A stretch of 64,000 nt of DNA from Octopus sinensis. Its lineage: Eukaryota. Position 1 is the first letter of the stretch; every line of letters starts with the position of its first letter. The stretch spans positions 63,674,001-63,738,000 of the forward strand of contig NC_043008.1 of the NCBI RefSeq assembly GCF_006345805.1. Direction: 5' to 3'. The notes beneath the pieces were generated by a model. It ran no database searches and was not told the DNA's origin. It saw nothing but the letters and a program-made list of their open reading frames with translations. Of this stretch, positions 50,450-64,000 are shown in pieces. The position numbers and the translations under genes are program-made.

Positions 50450-51810
50450 GAATTTGTGCCTACTTTTGTAGCCTATTCTGATTTCAGAAGCTTTTGTCAC
50501 TAAATTGACTGCATGCTCGACTCCTTGGCTAATATAGAGAAGAGGTATTGCTGTTAATGGTCTTAAATGAGCTTTACCAAGATCAACATTTGTAAAGTTC
50601 TGTAAAACTGGAGGGGATGTTACAACATCATTTTCCCAGTTAATTAAATCAACATAATCCTGTGCTTCAAAATTAATTTTGCTTGGCAGTTTGAAATTTT
50701 TTTATTCTTCATGGGGCATTCAGGGAAACGTTTTTGCTTTGATAATTCACTGAACTGCTACTTCCCTAATTTGTCTTCTTCTATTATTCAGAATAGTCAG
50801 TAAAATATTCTCTGGATCAGCAAAATACGAATTAGTTTTTAATGGTTTCTCCATAATTTCTTTATGATTTTGGTTCATATCTTGCATTAGATGTGCCAAA
50901 AATATACCAAAATTTACTAACTCCTTCATGTAACTTTGGGTGAAATTTAATCCAGAACCAGCTTTGAGCATAAACTTGCATTATGATTTTAACAAGATCC
51001 ATAATATTCTTCAGAGATTTTTTTCCAAAATACATAAGCTAAAAATTCTGTTTGTACGTGTTAACCACCATGCATGATGAATTTTACCAGGTGATCTTGC
51101 TTCTAACTGCTCAGAAACTGCTTTTTATGACTTTGGTGAAGAGTTGATTAGACTTAGGAGAAGAGAGCTGTGAAGTAATCTCAGTACTGTGGAGGCGCAA
51201 TGGCCCAGTGGTTAGGGCAGCGGACTCGCGGTCGTAGGATCACGGTTTCGATTCCCAGACCGGGCGTTGTGAGTGTTTATTGAGCGAAAACACCTAAAGC
51301 TCCACGAGGCTCCGGCAGGGATGGTGGTGATCCCTGCTGTACTCTTTCACCACAACTTTCTCTCACTCTTCCTGTTTCTGTTGTATCTGTATTTCAAAGG
51401 GCCGGCCTTGTCACTCTCTGTGTCACGCTGAATATCCCCGAGAACTACGTTAAGGGTACACGTGTCTGTGGAGTGCTCAGCCACTTACACGTTAATTTCA
51501 CGAGCAGGCTGTTCCGTTGATCAGATCAACCGGAACCCTCGTCGTCGTAACCGACGGAGTGCTTCCCAATCTCAGTACTGAGGCACATTGCATTCAGATA
51601 CTTTTGAGATGAGTTTAAAGTATCAACAATTTTTAATGGCAATTCTTTCACTTTAGTTTTTACTGGAGAAACTTAGATTAGCTTTAAGTTTGTTGCATCT
51701 TTAATTTTATTGCCACTGAAGCCTTTTGATGTTCGTGGTTCTCTTGTTTTTCCATCTATGGATTCAAATATGTGTCTAAATGGAAGTTCAAAACGGTATT
51801 TAATTGTGGG
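50450..51810 (-). pseudogene. Decayed cut-and-paste transposase (hATm-like by my recollection of motifs)
   Basis: ELPFRHIFESIDG, SPGKIHHAWWLTRTNRI, NSYFADPENILL, INFEAQDYVDLINW and VEHAVNLVTKAS in colinear order. Confidence 0.75.
51190..51567 (+). mobile_element. Young SINE head H1 + tail T2, 13-bp TSD
   Basis: TSD AATCTCAGTACTG at 51177-51189 and 51568-51580; CpG-rich; tRNA-Arg-like head. Confidence 0.95.
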
Positions 51811-52051
51811 TATTTAATTAAGGCGGCGAGCTGGCAGAAATGTTAGCACACCGGGCGAAATGCTTAGCGGTATTTCGTCTGCATTACGTTGTGAGTTCAA
51901 ATTCCGCCGAGGTTGACTTTGCCTTTCATCCTTTCGAGGTCGATAAATTAAGTACCAGTTACGCACTGGGGTCGATGTAATCGACTTAATACCTATGTCT
52001 GTCCTTGTTTGTCCCCTCTGTGTTTAGCCCCTTGTGAGTAATAAAGAAATA
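51811..52051 (+). mobile_element. SINE family C, 16-bp TSD
   Basis: TSD GGTATTTAATTGTGGG at 51795-51810 and 52052-52067. Confidence 0.95.
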
Positions 52052-52212
52052 GGTATTTAATTGTGGGGGTGTATGCAAGGGGTATGGACGGTCACATAAC
52101 CCTAATTTTCATATATTATTTTTAAAATACTATTCGAAACTCTGTACATACTGTGGAATTATGCTTCCTTAAAAATGGTTGCGTTTCAACCCCACCTAAG
52201 ATATATATATTT

Positions 52213-52768
52213 GCGAGCAAAACGCCCCCCGCCCCGTCCAATGGACGGTGTTGAGTTGTCAAACGTTTAAACCAAATTTTCGCAAAACAACTTGTCCGAC
52301 TGTCCCATAGGCCTCTTCGTTGAGAAACACTGATTTAAACCTAAATTTAAGACACCAGCAAAAGAAGAAATAAAGATAGACTTTTTTCTATTTAGAAGAA
52401 AAACGATTTTATTCACACAAATATACAACTGAAGAGTTTAAAGTACCAGTAATGATAAGGCTGTTGACTGGGAGAACACAAACATGGTTTAAACAGTAAG
52501 CTTGGCTGGAAAGAAACGTGCCTTCAAGCAGTACAAAAACAACAAACAATGGAAGGTGCAGTTATGTACAGGTTGACGGATGAAAAGCTCGTTCCCACGG
52601 CTTTATTGATTGCATTCTCACCTGGAATCGATTTTTGTAATTTTTTCAAGATTTATACATGCCCTGATATCGTCGGTATCTACATATCAAATTTGAGCGC
52701 AATTGGATGGAGGATGCTTGAGATCCTAGAAGACACACAGACAGACAGAACAGATTTTGTATAATAGA
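52213..52768 (-). mobile_element. Helitron-like element (family 2) with an extra ~174-bp segment
   Basis: Homologous to 39672-40053 except for 52417-52590. Confidence 0.7.
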
Positions 52769-52771
52769 TAA

Positions 52772-53070
52772 AAAGAGTAAAGACCCCCTTTGGTCATGAA
52801 TGAACATGGGATTGCACCTACAAAATTACCTCCAAAGCACAAGTCCAAGCAAGGCTGTTTATGGAAGACCAGGAGTCATCCATGCATACCAGCTCCCCAT
52901 CTCCATGCTACCGATGTTATCCTAGCAAAAAGCAAAGCTGATATAGCTTAGCCCTAGTGGCATTGTAACTCCTTTCTACAGATGAGTGAACTGGTGCAAC
53001 AGGAAATAAAGTGTCTTGCTCAAGAACACAACACTCAGCCTGGCCTGGGAATTGAACTCACTACCTCCTG
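52772..53070 (-). mobile_element. SINE head H2 (truncated) + T4-like tail
   Basis: aataaagtgtcttgctcaagaacacaac...gaattgaactc; tail related to 45378. Confidence 0.75.
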
Positions 53071-54132
53071 ATTGATAAATATGACAGAATACTTTAATTC
53101 CAGCTACGGCACACAAAGAGATATCAATAATAATGTTTGCTCCAATGCAAAAGATATGTCGCTAAAACCCAAACAGAATGAGATTTGTATCTAGGTTCTT
53201 CCAAAATAGCTTATGACCCAGTTTCTCTGCGTAAACCTGTTTTACTTAAAAGCATTACTGCTCACACTATTCTTTTACTGTACAGATATTTCTGATGGTA
53301 AAAAAAAGAGAATGTGCAAGTTAATTCTTTCTAGATCTTGTTATAATGTTAAAACGACCAAGATAATAGATAAGGTGAAATGCAACTGGATCAGTAACTG
53401 AAAATCCAATAGAGCTGTTAGAAGCAAAAGAAAGGGAAGACTTCTGTAGCATTGTGTTTTAACAATAAATTAGAAAATGCTTTTTATGACTTTGGTGAAG
53501 AGCTGATTAGACTTAGGAGAAGAGAGCTGTGAAGTAATTCACTTGTTTTATTCCATTTATTGTTTTTAGCTTATTTTCTTGCTAAAACGAAGTGCTTCTT
53601 TTCATGTTAGATTGGAGTATTTTTATCTGTTCAAGTTTAGTCAGCCATTCTGACCGGAAAGTTAAAAATACCAACTGCTAAAGTGGCACTTCGTTTTAAC
53701 TGACTTGAAAATGGAAGAATATAAACAATAAGGAATCTGTTGCTGTAAAAGTGAAAAATAAGTAAAAAGCCTGTTGTAAACACAATAATAATGGTTAATG
53801 AATATTTATTATTTAAATGTCTTGACAATTAGTTAAATTGAAGCATACGATATGTTATAACTGTGTATTGTTGTTCAAAAGCCGCAACGAAGATTGTTAA
53901 AGAAATCTGTTCAGGAGAAGGAAACAACAAGAACATGTGTAAGAGAAAACAACTCGCAGGACATCCCTTTTCCACTTAATATAATATATATATATATGTA
54001 TGTGTTTGTGTATGTGTGTGTATATATATGTGTGTGTGTGAGTGTGAGTATACATAAATATGCACACACACACACGCACATACACACTCACAGACTCACA
54101 CACACACACACTCACAGACTCACACACACACT

Positions 54133-54171
<39 letters not shown>

Positions 54172-54177
<6 letters not shown>

Positions 54178-54260
54178 TTTTACTTGTTTCAGTTATTTGA
54201 CTGTGGCCATGCTGGAGCACCGCTTTTAGTCAAACAAATTGGCCCCAGGACTTATTCTTT
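54172..54260 (-). mobile_element. SINE family A 3' tail fragment
   Basis: cttttacttgtttcagttatttgactgtggccatgctggagcac. Confidence 0.8.
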
Positions 54261-54289
54261 TTAATACAGTTCTATATTTAAGAGATGAA

Positions 54290-54460
54290 GAATTATGTAC
54301 ATTATTTACATTATTTTCATTTGATGGATATTTGTCCTCATCTTGTTTGTTGTTAACACATTTTGACTGAAATGCCCTCCAGCCTTCATCAGGTATTTGG
54401 GGGAATTTTGAACCTGGGTTCTCATTCCTAAGGTATTTTTCGATGTTGTTGTTATTATTA
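54290..54460 (-). mobile_element. Penelope-like remnant with decayed hammerhead
   Basis: Minus strand AATAC-CTGATGA-A-GGCTG...CAGTC-AAAA; inverted homolog of 60725-60880. Confidence 0.65.
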
Positions 54461-55299
54461 TATTATAATCTTAAGAATATTATTATTTCTTTTGCTTGCA
54501 TTTTTCCATGTAATCCATGTTTTTTTTCCAGGCTTTGCCATTATGCTAATTGATAATGCATATCAAGTGTGTCGATTAGCAGTGTCATTGATAATTTTTT
54601 CCTTACCTCAATGACATCGATGACATATATTAAAAACGCATTATAGAACTATATTCGTTAAAAGTATAGAACTATATTTCTATTATTATTTTTATTTTTA
54701 TTTCTACATTATCACCCTCAAATTTGAGAAACAAACACTCATAACTTTTTTCTTTTAAAACTTCATTGCATTAGATTGATACCATGAAATTCCTCGAATT
54801 GAGCTCTATCATTTAAGCTTAATTAAAGTAAAGTTTATTTTTAAAATAAAAAAGTTAATTATACTTAAATCCAATTTTTTGCCTTGCTTATAATTTTTTC
54901 ATGATATTTTACCTCACCACTTTCTTGATACAAATTTTTTTTGCATGGGAATAAAACTATAAAATTCTTCATACTTTCTGCTATCATTGAAGCTAAGACA
55001 AATATATTTTGCTCTTAAAATAAAAAAAGTTATTCAGATTTAAACGTGATGGAGGCATTACTTACTCTCCTATAAGTTTGCTACAAATTTTGATGTAAAC
55101 TTTTATCTAATGGATCAAATCTCAATTTTGTTATGCCAAAATGTAGCTAGGCAACGGTCCTCTTCAAAACTGTTAATAGTTTTCAGTTTGGTTAGGAACT
55201 GAATTAGCTACAAGCTCTGGAAGATGCTGCATGTGAGTAAATTGCAGCCTTAAGAATATTATTCAACTACTACCGCAGTTGAATGATAGACATATACAC

Positions 55300-55465
55300 A
55301 TTAGGCTTCTTTTAGTTTCTGCCTTCCAAATCCACTAAAAAAGCTTTGTTCAACCTGATGTGGTAGTAGAAAACACCTGGCCAAGGTGCCACACAATGAG
55401 GCTGAATCCTGAGCTATGTTGCTGGAAAGCAAGCTTCTTACCACACAGCCTTGCCTGCACCCTAT
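55300..55465 (-). mobile_element. SINE family A head, old
   Basis: aagcaagcttcttaccacacagcc...gcacc. Confidence 0.75.
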
Positions 55466-55514
55466 ATATTACTATATAGTATTTTATATATATATGTATA
55501 TATATATATATATA

Positions 55515-55835
55515 AAGGGTAAAATTAATTAATTAATAATTAATAATTTTCCAAGTAGTTTGGTATGTTAAAAGAACCATCATCGGTAAAATTATACAAA
55601 AATTAATTCTATAATTATGAGTATAATAATAATTAGGGTTCAGCAAAAATTTGCTTCATCACATACCGAAATTTAGAAATAGCAGTTAAAAACTACTATT
55701 TCACAACCATAAGAAAATCTTCCAGACATCAATATTCAACAACTCACGCAGGTAAAGAGAAAAAATAACGAATTCAACCAGCTTTGATTAACTGTATACG
55801 CATTTCGGAGTTAGAGAGATGTGAAAAAATATAAT
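55515..55835. mobile_element. Possible Penelope-like remnant between TA arrays
   Basis: Two heavily decayed hammerhead-like motifs on the minus strand (CCGATGA-TGGT...ACCA; GTGATGA-AGCAA...TTGCT-GAAC). Confidence 0.35.
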
Positions 55836-55839
55836 ATAC

Positions 55840-56000
<161 letters not shown>

Positions 56001-56769
56001 TTTGGTCAACCAGACTATGTATGGGAATCAAAAGATTATTCAGAGTTTCGTTTCTTTAGATTCTAAACATCACAACGCAAATAAATAAATAGGAAACTTT
56101 TAGATAAACTATTTGTTAAGTAAGATTTCTTTGGGCTAATTCTTCCACAGTTTACAACTGTTTCAGCAGGAAAGAGATTAGCTTCTACTGAATTCTTTGT
56201 TCTTTCCCTCTCCCTGTGACTATTCCAATGGTAGAGTTTATTGTTTGTGTTGCATTGTTATCAAGATCAGGAACTTTGCTAGACTCATCAACTAGACTGC
56301 CTGCAGTATATTATGTAGTGTTAATTTTGCATCTGCTATTTTGCAGAGATGGTTCATGTTTCTTCTGTTACTTTTGTGACACTCAATCATTATATAACAT
56401 TCTTACCACCTTTTTCCGTTTACTTTTGATTTAAGTGCAGGTTTAGGACTGCATCTCCATTCTGACACGACATAACACCCAAAAAAGAAAACACAACCAT
56501 AAGGTCATTTGGTTTAACCTACCCTTCTCACACAATGTCAAGACATGCATGGTAAGGACCTGCCTCAGATTAGTACATTAGCCATTTTACAGGTACAGAA
56601 TATTAGTTAATAATCACAACCTAAGTGCTTCTTTCAGCTGTATTCCCAGTGTTTAAAACATTTTAGCAAACATCTGAACCCTGCATAAAAGTAGGATAGT
56701 CATGTAAGGGTTCAAAGTGAATGCCCAGTGAATGATCGATGCAACTCCAAGGCCGTGGTTTTTGAGGCT

Positions 56770-57000
56770 GAGGTGGTGCTCGCCAGTAACGACAGCAATG
56801 ACAGTGATAACAGCAACAACAGCGATAATGGCAGCACTAACAACGCTTCTGGCAGTACTAGTGGCAACAACAGCAATAGTAGCAGCAGCAGCAGAAGAAA
56901 CAACAACAGTATCAGCACCAGCAACGTACCCAACAGTAACAGCAACGATGAAAGCGATAATGATAACAATAGCAATATCAGCCACACCAATAACGCAAGG
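56770..57000. repeat. Degenerate (GCA/ACA/GTA) low-complexity tract
   Basis: Directly visible; source of S/N- and L/V-rich spurious ORFs. Confidence 0.85.
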
Positions 57001-57696
57001 ATATATGTTGGAGCTATGGATAGCTCCTTTAATTAGAATTAAATAACTACAAGTCCACTTTTAGAATCCTAGAGATGTGCAACGTAATATCTTTAGAAAA
57101 CAACATATGGTGTTTAAAAGATGATATTATGCCATGCAGGATTAAATGAAAGCTCTTGGTATAACCTAGACCATACCACCATGGGAGCAGACGATGCAAA
57201 TTTTATTTGGTCAAGAGAGCAAGGGTCCTAATTAATTAACTTGACCTGGGGTTTTTATTAAATTCCAAAAGTGAGATGTTCAGCTGGTGTCCTCACGAGA
57301 GAAAATTCGTGTTAGGGACAGGGAATTTCTCAATGACTGATCAGCAAATGGAAATCGTACATAAACTTACCCTTTTTGGATACAAGTTGAACCACTCAAG
57401 AAGAGATAACTCCATCTCACTCAGATGGAGTTTCGTCCTCGAAGTTTTTTTTTTTCACAATCCTGATAGACCAAGACTGTATTCATTCTTCCAGTAGTAA
57501 CGTGGTTATGTACTTTTAGCCAGCAACTCTAATGAATTGCTTATATTGCTAAGAGCATAATATACATGAAACCAATGGTAACTTCCTGACTAGTTATAAT
57601 CAAAGACTACATTAATTATAGTTTGTCAGAATAAATTTTTAGAGTGTGCTTTATTTCTAATTTATGCACAACTGATCAATTATATATATATATATA

Positions 57697-57903
57697 CGAG
57701 GGGATGTAGGAAAGCTCCTGGGTTTTGAAAAAAGAAAATACAGGAGGTTCAATTAATTATAATTTTATTCAATATATTCCCCTTTCAGATTTATGCACTT
57801 ATTGCAGCAATCCTCCAATTTTTGTAAAAGAACTTGGAAGGTCAGGCCTCCAACAAGACCTTTCACGATACCCTTAAAGCCAGGAACTTTCAGCGTTTCT
57901 TCA
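57697..57903. mobile_element. Mariner-type MITE (~207 bp)
   Basis: TA-flanked degenerate TIRs CGAGGGATGTAGGAAAGCTCCTGG / CCAGGAACTTTCAGCGTTTCTTCA. Confidence 0.8.
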
Positions 57904-59249
57904 TATATAAACATATGTATTTATTTGAGTGTAAATAAATACAACAGCCTTCCATACACTTTCTCTCTACTACATTTGAATCACAAAGTTTGGTTCACAT
58001 TTTTAAGCAATGTCTGAATCCACTTGTTCAGAATGAATCCCACAGTTATGAAATTAACTTATTAACCATGCAACCAATCCAAAGTCAATTTTCGAAAACA
58101 AAATTATGTGATGTCAATGGAATTTGAGAAGTAGCTAAATTTCAAATTACTGTTAAGAAAGACAGAGTGAAAGTATTACATATTGTACTAAACTTCATAT
58201 GCTAACAATAACAAAAAGAAATGAAGGATGAAATAATTGATGCAGATGAAAAGAGATATTGTGTGCACAATCTCAGCCAACATGCATGTCAAAATGTACG
58301 TTCTAATTAGTCTATGTTTCCATTAAAATGTTCATCTAAACATTTTAAATCTTCTATAATCCCAACACTTGACAGTAAATTGCATCGACCAGTATCTTCA
58401 CCCATTAGATTTAGTTATCTCCAGAGTATTTTCCAGCCTTGAATGCGATCAAGATATTCTCAAGTATGAAATGGCAATTCTATAGAATTTTGAAGAATTA
58501 CATATCTGCTTCTCATACGAGAAATCTATTCTTGCTAATCCTAGCTTTTAACAGCGAAATCTATGGAGACTTGGAGGATTATTGTGACTCTTTAGCTGAC
58601 TTGTCTTCCTATTATTTATCCATTGTTGTTATTTGATTGGTTGAAGTGCATGATACCTTCCACTAGCAATGTCTTAATATTATAACAAAGAAAAAACCCC
58701 CACCAAATATTGTTTTTATCTTACAAATTCTTTAAATGAGAAACAGTAGGGATATTTTAATAGATCATGTTGCCAGGAAAGTAGCACAAATAAATACAAA
58801 TGTCCAGACTTTGGTCATGTAACAATACAATAGCACTAATGAAATTCTTATTTTCATGCTATGCTATACTACACATCAGTCCATCTTTCGACAGTCCCTG
58901 TATCATGAAAAGATGTTTTATTTTTTTCCTTTCTAAAACATATTTCTAACACTTCTGAAAACCTCTTCTATTTTAAAACAAATAGATGCTGTGAATAACA
59001 CCCTGTGACCCCCATGCTGTAAACAACAATTCAGGGGAGAGAAAGGAAGATAGTAAATTCTCTCACTTTCTCTCTCTATATGTATGTATGTGTGCGTGTG
59101 TATATATATATGTATATGTAATATAATATGATATATATATAACATATATATATATATATGTTACTTGTCTTGTTTTCCATTTGTTTCTTTTGTTGTTTGA
59201 ATACCCAACATTATTTTCGTATTTCATGTTGTTTACGTTTTGTGACATC

Positions 59250-59430
<181 letters not shown>

Positions 59431-60724
59431 ATATTTATTAATCAAGTTTAAAGTGATATAGTTAATTAAATAATGGAACAGACAACCCACAATTTTCTCA
59501 ATCGAGCTCAGAACTCAATTATTGCCATGCCCAGGGATTAATGCACCAATCTATAAATTGGTGAATAACTTTGAATTAACAGTTTTTACCAGTAGTAAGT
59601 ACATGTTAAAAAGTTAACTTCCCCACCATGTTCAGTCTCATTGCATGGCACCTTTGGGAAGACCTTTCTACTATAGACATGTGAAAGGATCCCTGACTTG
59701 AATTTTGAAACCCCTTTTTGTTGAGTATTAATTTGTCAGGAAATCTTTATTTATAACAGTATTAACATATGGAATAATATTTTATCATGAAAGCTAAAAA
59801 ATTTTTTTTGCTGTCAAATTTCAAAAAATTCTTAAAAAACCCATTTCTGAACCAATCTCCTTTACTCTTTTACTTGTTTCAGTCATTTGACTGTGGCCAT
59901 GCTGAATCACCACCTTTAGTCGGGCAAACCGACCTCAGAACTTAGGTCAGTTGTCGAGAAGCAAAGACATTATTCTGCTTAGCGAAAGCATCTGGGAAAT
60001 GTATAATGTATAACATTCACAGAAAAACTATTGTTTTACTGTGAGTAAAGCACTGTCGAAGTGTTATGTAAAATTTGGCAATCGAGGGTCAAATCCACAC
60101 TATGCCTGCATGAAGCCACTGCAAATAATTTGGGGAATAAAAAAAATTTATCTATTGTCATAGAAAAAGTGTAAATGTAAAAATGCAGAATTATCGGAGT
60201 AATGGGCATTCAAAAAACTATATATGTATATAAATGTATGAATGATGTCTTTAATGTTTAAGATTCAAATTAAGGAAGTTCAAATTAAGGTAGTTCAGAA
60301 CTGTGAGTAGTGAAATGCAAAATTTGGTCGGCTGATCGTGAGAATCAAATATTGATCGCTTTGCTAAAATCTGCAGGTTGCATGGGTTATTTCTCTTGGG
60401 TTGTTTAAATAAAATATTAGTAATATGTAGTAGATAGAAAGATCCATTGGAAGGGTCCTATTATCAATTTTTTTCAACAATCTACGTATGTCACGAGGTT
60501 TCCAGACATGATTTCTACTCACATGTCAAGTAAAGTACAAAAGTGACCTTGTCTGCAAAAATTAGAAATAGGATACACAAAGAAATCAATATTCAGGGTA
60601 ATCGAACATAAACAATGAAATGGGTTATTTCCCTTGGGTGTTTAAAAATTAGTTATACGAGGTAGATATAAAGGTCTCTACCAGGGGCAGTATTATCGAT
60701 TTTTTCAACATATATGTCATGAGG

Positions 60725-60880
60725 TGTCTTGGGGAAATTTGAGAACCCAGGTTCGAAATTTCCCCAAGACACTTGATGAAGGCTGAAGGGTATATCAGCT
60801 GAAACATTGTGTTAACAACAAACAAGATGAGGACAAATAGCCGTCGAATGTAAATAATGTAAATGATGTAAGTAATGAGC
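60725..60880 (+). mobile_element. Penelope-like remnant with decayed hammerhead
   Basis: GACAC-TTGATGA-A-GGCTG-aagggtatat-CAGCT-GAAA-CA-TT-GTGTT (60768-60813). Confidence 0.65.
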
Positions 60881-61224
60881 TAATCATGTATATTAGCAAT
60901 GAAAACAATATAATCAAACAAAACGGTTTGTAGTTTTTATCCTCAGCAGTAAAAATACAATGAATTTGTGATTGGTTTTTCATTAAACTAATATCAACAA
61001 AACTATTTTCCAGAAAAAGCATGATAAAAAAAATATAACAGATAAAGATATCTGAAGGTAAACAAACAAAATAAGAAAAGAAAAACACCAGTGATATCAC
61101 TGGTATCAATTGCATTGACCATGTATACAATTCTCTGTTGAAATTCTTATGAAAAAATCAGAACTATTGAAGCTTCTATGTGATATTTTTATTCTTTTTA
61201 TTACTATCCTTTTAATTATGTGTA

Positions 61225-61238
61225 GCACTGCTGCTGCA

Positions 61239-61281
<43 letters not shown>

Positions 61282-61284
61282 ATA

Positions 61285-61319
<35 letters not shown>

Positions 61320-61388
61320 ACCACCACCACCACCACCACAATCACCACTACTACATCCACCACCACCACCACCACTACATCCACCACC

Positions 61389-61442
<54 letters not shown>

Positions 61443-61508
61443 ACCACCACCACCACCACAATCACCACTACTACATCCACCACCACCACCACCACTACAT
61501 CCACCACC

Positions 61509-61544
<36 letters not shown>

Positions 61545-61570
61545 CTACTACTACTACTACTACTACTACT
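61225..61570. repeat. Compound (CTA/CTG/CCA) triplet array with higher-order duplication
   Basis: A ~120-bp compound unit occurs twice. Confidence 0.9.
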
Positions 61571-62279
61571 TATACTACTGCTATATTGGCTGCCATTACA
61601 ATCTGCTTTTGACTTTTGCTTTTGCTTACTATTAAATGCACTTATTTTTCTATTTTATTTTCTTATAACTACTACTACTACTACTACTTTTACAATACTG
61701 TTACCCCACCCCCACCATCATCTCTACTAATACTACTACTACTACTACTACCAATGGTACTGTTGCTGCTGCTACAATAATCAGTTTTCGATACCTTTTT
61801 GCTTACTATTGGATGCACTTTTTTTTCTGCTGTTGTTCTAATAATTACTACCACCACCACCACCACCACCACCAACCTCATCATTGCTGCTGCCATTGCT
61901 AATTTTTTTTTTCTTCCTATTAAACTAATTTTTGTTAAGCTTAAATGTAATTTCCCCAATCTAATATGCCAAATGCTGCCATATTTGGTTAGTGTTTATT
62001 TTATTATATTTTACTCAAAAATTACATCGTTAGAAACTCATAAGAAAGCTTGTCACGTGACCTCTAACATTAACAGCTTAATGCTTCTGTTTCCCTCCTA
62101 ACATCTTAGCTTCAATGGAATTCTTTTGAAGTTTACCTCATTTCTATGCATTTCCATGGAAATGTAAAAAAAAAAAAATACAAAAGAAGCATAGTAAAAC
62201 ATACAAATAAAAAAAGGAGGGAAAATACAATGATAATGGTTAAGTCAACAATAAATTCAACAACAACCGAAGCAATAAT

Positions 62280-62474
62280 AATGAATATGATGATGATAAT
62301 GATGATGATGATGATGAGGAGGAGGAGGACGATTGTAAGCTGATAATAATAATAATAATAATGATAATAATAATAATAATAGTAATAATAATAATAGTGA
62401 TAATAACAACAATTATAATACTAATAATAATGATGATGATTGTGATTGTGCAGTAGTAGTAGTAGCAGTAGTAA

Positions 62475-62509
<35 letters not shown>

Positions 62510-62539
62510 GTAATGGTGGTGGTAGTAGTAGTAGTAGTG

Positions 62540-62572
<33 letters not shown>

Positions 62573-62593
62573 ATAGTAGTAGTAGTGGTGGTG

Positions 62594-62629
<36 letters not shown>

Positions 62630-62669
62630 GTAAGTAGTAGTAGTAGTAGTAGTAGTAATAGTAGTGGTG

Positions 62670-62703
<34 letters not shown>

Positions 62704-63073
62704 CAGCAGCAGCAGTGATTTTCTTGTGGAATAAATAGGAGCTATTTTGATCGTAAATCCTGAAATAATTTTATGCAGTAAATAATAAGATGATAATGAT
62801 GGTGACGACAAAAACAACAACAACAACAACAACAGCAATAATAATAATAACAATAACAATAAAAACATTAAAACTGATACTACTACTACTACTGCCACCA
62901 CCACTACCACCAATAATAATAATAATAATAATATAGTGATAATATCATTGATGATGATGATTGTCATTACTATGATTACTATTATTATTATTTTTATTAT
63001 TATTATTATTTTTATTTATTATTATTATCATTATTATTTTTATTATTATTATTATTTTTATTTATTATTATTA

Positions 63074-63104
<31 letters not shown>

Positions 63105-63105
63105 A
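62280..63105. repeat. Compound triplet arrays (GAT/AAT/GTA/GTG/ATT)
   Basis: Directly visible. Confidence 0.9.
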
Positions 63106-64000
63106 GATTTGCGAGCTTAATGCTGCCCAATCATATTCTATCTGTATCTTCGTTTACATGCGAAAATTGAATATTTTTTTGCCTTTCCTCATTTATATTT
63201 TTGATTCTATTTTGTTTTGTGTGTGTATTGTTTTTTGTTTTTGTTTTTTCTTTGTTTTTGTTATTTTTTTGTACAATTTATTTATTTATTTATTTTTTAT
63301 TTGAATGTCCTGAAATTGTCAAGATTTAAATCCAGTACCTCTATTTGAACATTATTCATGGCTGTGTATGATCACGTGGCCAAGAGGAAATAGAATGATG
63401 TAGTAAGAATTGTTTTTCTTCCAAATATCGATCTAGAGACTGGTGAAGCATATAATAGCATTATTGGAAAATTAAAGAAGACCATATGCTATCTCAACTG
63501 AATTGGAATAACTCAGTGGTACAATGTCATTGTTAGGTGAATGCGAAAGAGAGGAAGGCAGAGAATGGCTGCAAATGAGAGAGAGGGAAAGCAAGAGAGA
63601 ATTTGAGAGTTTATATGTGTTTGTGTGTAATATTGCATAAGGAGGAGGAGGAAGAGAAGGGGAGAGGGAGGAGGAGGAGAAATAAGACAATGAAAGGCAG
63701 TGGGAGTAGGAGTGCATGAGGAAAGATAACTAAGAGAGAGTGATAAGAGGGGAGGTGAGGAAGAGAGGACTATTCCAAAACGTTGAGATTCATAATGATG
63801 GTGATTAAAAGATGGTGTGCCACCAGGTGGGAAGATAAAGGAAGAGGAAGAATGAAAAGAAAGGACACACTGACACACACATTAATAATATATATGTGTA
63901 TATATTATTATTGTTGTTGTTGCCATTTAAAATAGTTTGATTTATCCTCATGTGACTTAAAATATTCTAGGCTTCTTACAGACACCTAGTTCCTTGGGCC

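Noticed and set aside
51190-51265. tRNA-Arg-like sequence as a real tRNA gene
   Set aside because: It is the head of a SINE with a TSD; no complete cloverleaf.
57400-57445. Half-hammerhead GGACGAAAC plus 8-bp hairpin (minus strand)
   Set aside because: No CTGANGA with a pairing stem I or II in the right position; the nearby CTGATCA does not complete a fold.
61106-62967. Long poly-T/V/S/L ORFs, including the 193-aa mucin-like ORF
   Set aside because: Triplet arrays lacking stops by chance; no splice or domain evidence.

Overview
AT-rich, repeat-saturated eukaryotic DNA. The SINE families and microsatellite load point to an octopus or other coleoid cephalopod genome (inference). No host protein-coding gene can be called confidently; almost all listed ORFs are microsatellite or repeat artefacts, and only weak candidate exons exist (best: 1862-1948, +). 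The window holds many tRNA-derived SINEs (my labels A, C, H1/H2 heads with swappable tails, and an RTE-tailed family D), decayed LINEs (RTE, L1/Tx1), decayed DNA transposases (mariner, hAT/Charlie, hATm-like), MITEs with clear TSDs, four non-autonomous Helitron-like elements, a probable solo LTR and a U6 snRNA pseudogene. The main hidden signal is a set of minimal type-I hammerhead ribozymes in short Penelope-like remnants, found by eye. These include a 259-bp palindrome carrying two back-to-back hammerheads (28336-28594), one copy with an intact core (23335-23400) and several decayed copies from different families. Other notable structures: a U6-SINE junction, a twin-priming-type inversion, templated insertions copied from nearby DNA, a SINE dimer inside one TSD, a promoter-like cassette and a decayed 45-codon tandem repeat. 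All family names come from motif recognition, not database searches.
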